Shown: piece by piece, positions 62,958-64,000 of the stretch
Layout of the letters: the number at the start of each line of letters is the position of its first letter
Numbering within the stretch: the first letter of the stretch is position 1
From: an uncultured bacterium
GTDB taxonomy: Bacteria > Verrucomicrobiota > Verrucomicrobiia > Limisphaerales > UBA8199
Assembly (NCBI GenBank): GCA_963749495.1
Contig: CAVVMW010000029.1
Coordinates: forward strand, 1 to 64,000
Direction: 5' to 3'
DNA: 64,000 bases
The notes under the pieces: generated by a model
Seen by the model: only the letters and a program-made list of their open reading frames with translations
The model's database searches: none
What the model was told of the DNA's origin: nothing
Translations under genes and position numbers: made by a program

Positions 62958-64000
62958 CTAATTGAGCCGGATGGCGCGCTGGATTCCGAAGGGCGGAGTC
63001 AGGCGCTGCCCGTCGGCCGGCAGGGCGTGAATTCGGCGCACCAATTCCATGCCCTTCACGACGCGCCCGAAGGCGGCGAAGCCCTGGCCATCGGGGTTGC
63101 GTTTGCCCCCGAAATCCAGTTCGGGCTGGTCGCCGATGCAGATGAAAAAGTTGTCCTGCGCCGAATCCGGGCCGTCGCGGGCCATGCTCAGGGTGCCGTC
63201 CAGGTGCCGCAAGGCCGTGTCGCGCGTCCGCTCCAGCGGGATGGGTGGATAGAACTGGGGCGCTCGCGCCGGGTTGGCGCCGCCTTGGATGACCTGGATT
63301 TTGACCTCGTTGTCCGGCTGGTTTGAGAGCGTGACGGTGCGGAAGAAGGAGCCGTTGTTATAGAGCCGCTCGTGCGCGTAGCGCAGGAAATTGCGCACCG
63401 TGATGGGGGCCGCCTTGGCGTCAAACTCGATGAGGATCGGCCCCAAATCGGTCTCGATCTGCACGCGGGGTTTGTCCGGGACGGGCACCTCCCGCCAATG
63501 AAAACGAGGAGCCTGGGCGGGGTCGAAACCGGCGAGGTGGGCACGCTCTTCGGCGGGACGTTCCATGGGCCGCTGATAACGCCAAGGGCGGTCGCCAAAC
63601 ACTTCGGTACACAATCGGGCAATGGCCGGGTCGTACTCTTTCAATTGCGCCCGCGTATGGACCTCGTTGTGGAGCGCATCCTTCGCGCAACCGCAATCGA
63701 ACCAGTCCTGGACCGATTCGGCCCAGTATTCGTCGGCGTTCACCGCGGAATAGGTGCCTTTCCACAGGCCGCGCTTCTTGGCGTCGGCGAAGGCGGCTTC
63801 AAGCCGGTCGTTGAACGCAGGATCCAACCGCCGCAACGCAGTGCCATAAATGACATGCGAGAATTCGTGAATGAAGATGTTCTCGCGCGCATACGGGTCG
63901 CCGGGGTAGCAGAGCAGGTTTTCCTCGGCGCAACTGCACGTGCGCCCGCCCAGGCCGCGCGCCCGGCTGTCCCAATAGACCTTGGGCGTCATCTCCCGCT
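62958..64000 (-). CDS. Zn metallopeptidase-like domain fused to a cyclophilin-type PPIase, 5' end outside the window
   Basis: HEFSH...EYWAE zinc motif, then APITVRNFLRY, VIQGG, GTLSMARDGPDSA..FFIC, AFGRVVKGM. Confidence 0.88.
   Translation of the reverse strand, partial: REMTPKVYWDSRARGLGGRTCSCAEENLLCYPGDPYARENIFIHEFSHVIYGTALRRLDPAFNDRLEAAFADAKKRGLWKGTYSAVNADEYWAESVQDWFDCGCAKDALHNEVHTRAQLKEYDPAIARLCTEVFGDRPWRYQRPMERPAEERAHLAGFDPAQAPRFHWREVPVPDKPRVQIETDLGPILIEFDAKAAPITVRNFLRYAHERLYNNGSFFRTVTLSNQPDNEVKIQVIQGGANPARAPQFYPPIPLERTRDTALRHLDGTLSMARDGPDSAQDNFFICIGDQPELDFGGKRNPDGQGFAAFGRVVKGMELVRRIHALPADGQRLTPPFGIQRAIRLN

Noticed and set aside
1..64000. CRISPR array, cas genes, rRNA, intact transposase or prophage
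   Set aside because: No regularly spaced repeats, DDE transposase motifs or phage structural genes were seen by eye.

Overview
This is a GC-rich bacterial window. Its gene content (many secreted glycoside hydrolases, passenger-associated beta-strand repeat proteins, the integrase type) suggests Verrucomicrobia or another PVC-group organism; that assignment is inference. The window is an accessory mosaic in which intact genes alternate with many truncated, internally deleted or chimeric remnants and single-base frameshifts. Intact or near-intact genes include an RND permease, a RES toxin/antitoxin pair in toxin-first order, an archaemetzincin, an arsenosugar-type cluster (ArsS radical SAM, fused TIGR04282/TIGR04283-like glycosyltransferase, methyltransferase), a bacterial cereblon-like protein, a Zn alcohol dehydrogenase, GH59 (two copies), GH31, GH10, GH95, an oligogalacturonate-lyase-like protein, a DEDD exonuclease and a metallopeptidase-cyclophilin fusion. 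Two tightly coupled gene pairs are the best candidates for undescribed conflict/defence systems: a stand-alone HD-CE-like phosphohydrolase plus a ~915-aa helical protein (38467-42401), and an ABC/AAA_15 ATPase plus a small PD-(D/E)XK-like protein (32717-34443). A 3'-only tRNA-Arg(TCG) fragment at 52111-52163 with flanking short repeats looks like an integration scar. I saw no CRISPR array or rRNA. All family calls come from motifs read by eye, not from database searches.
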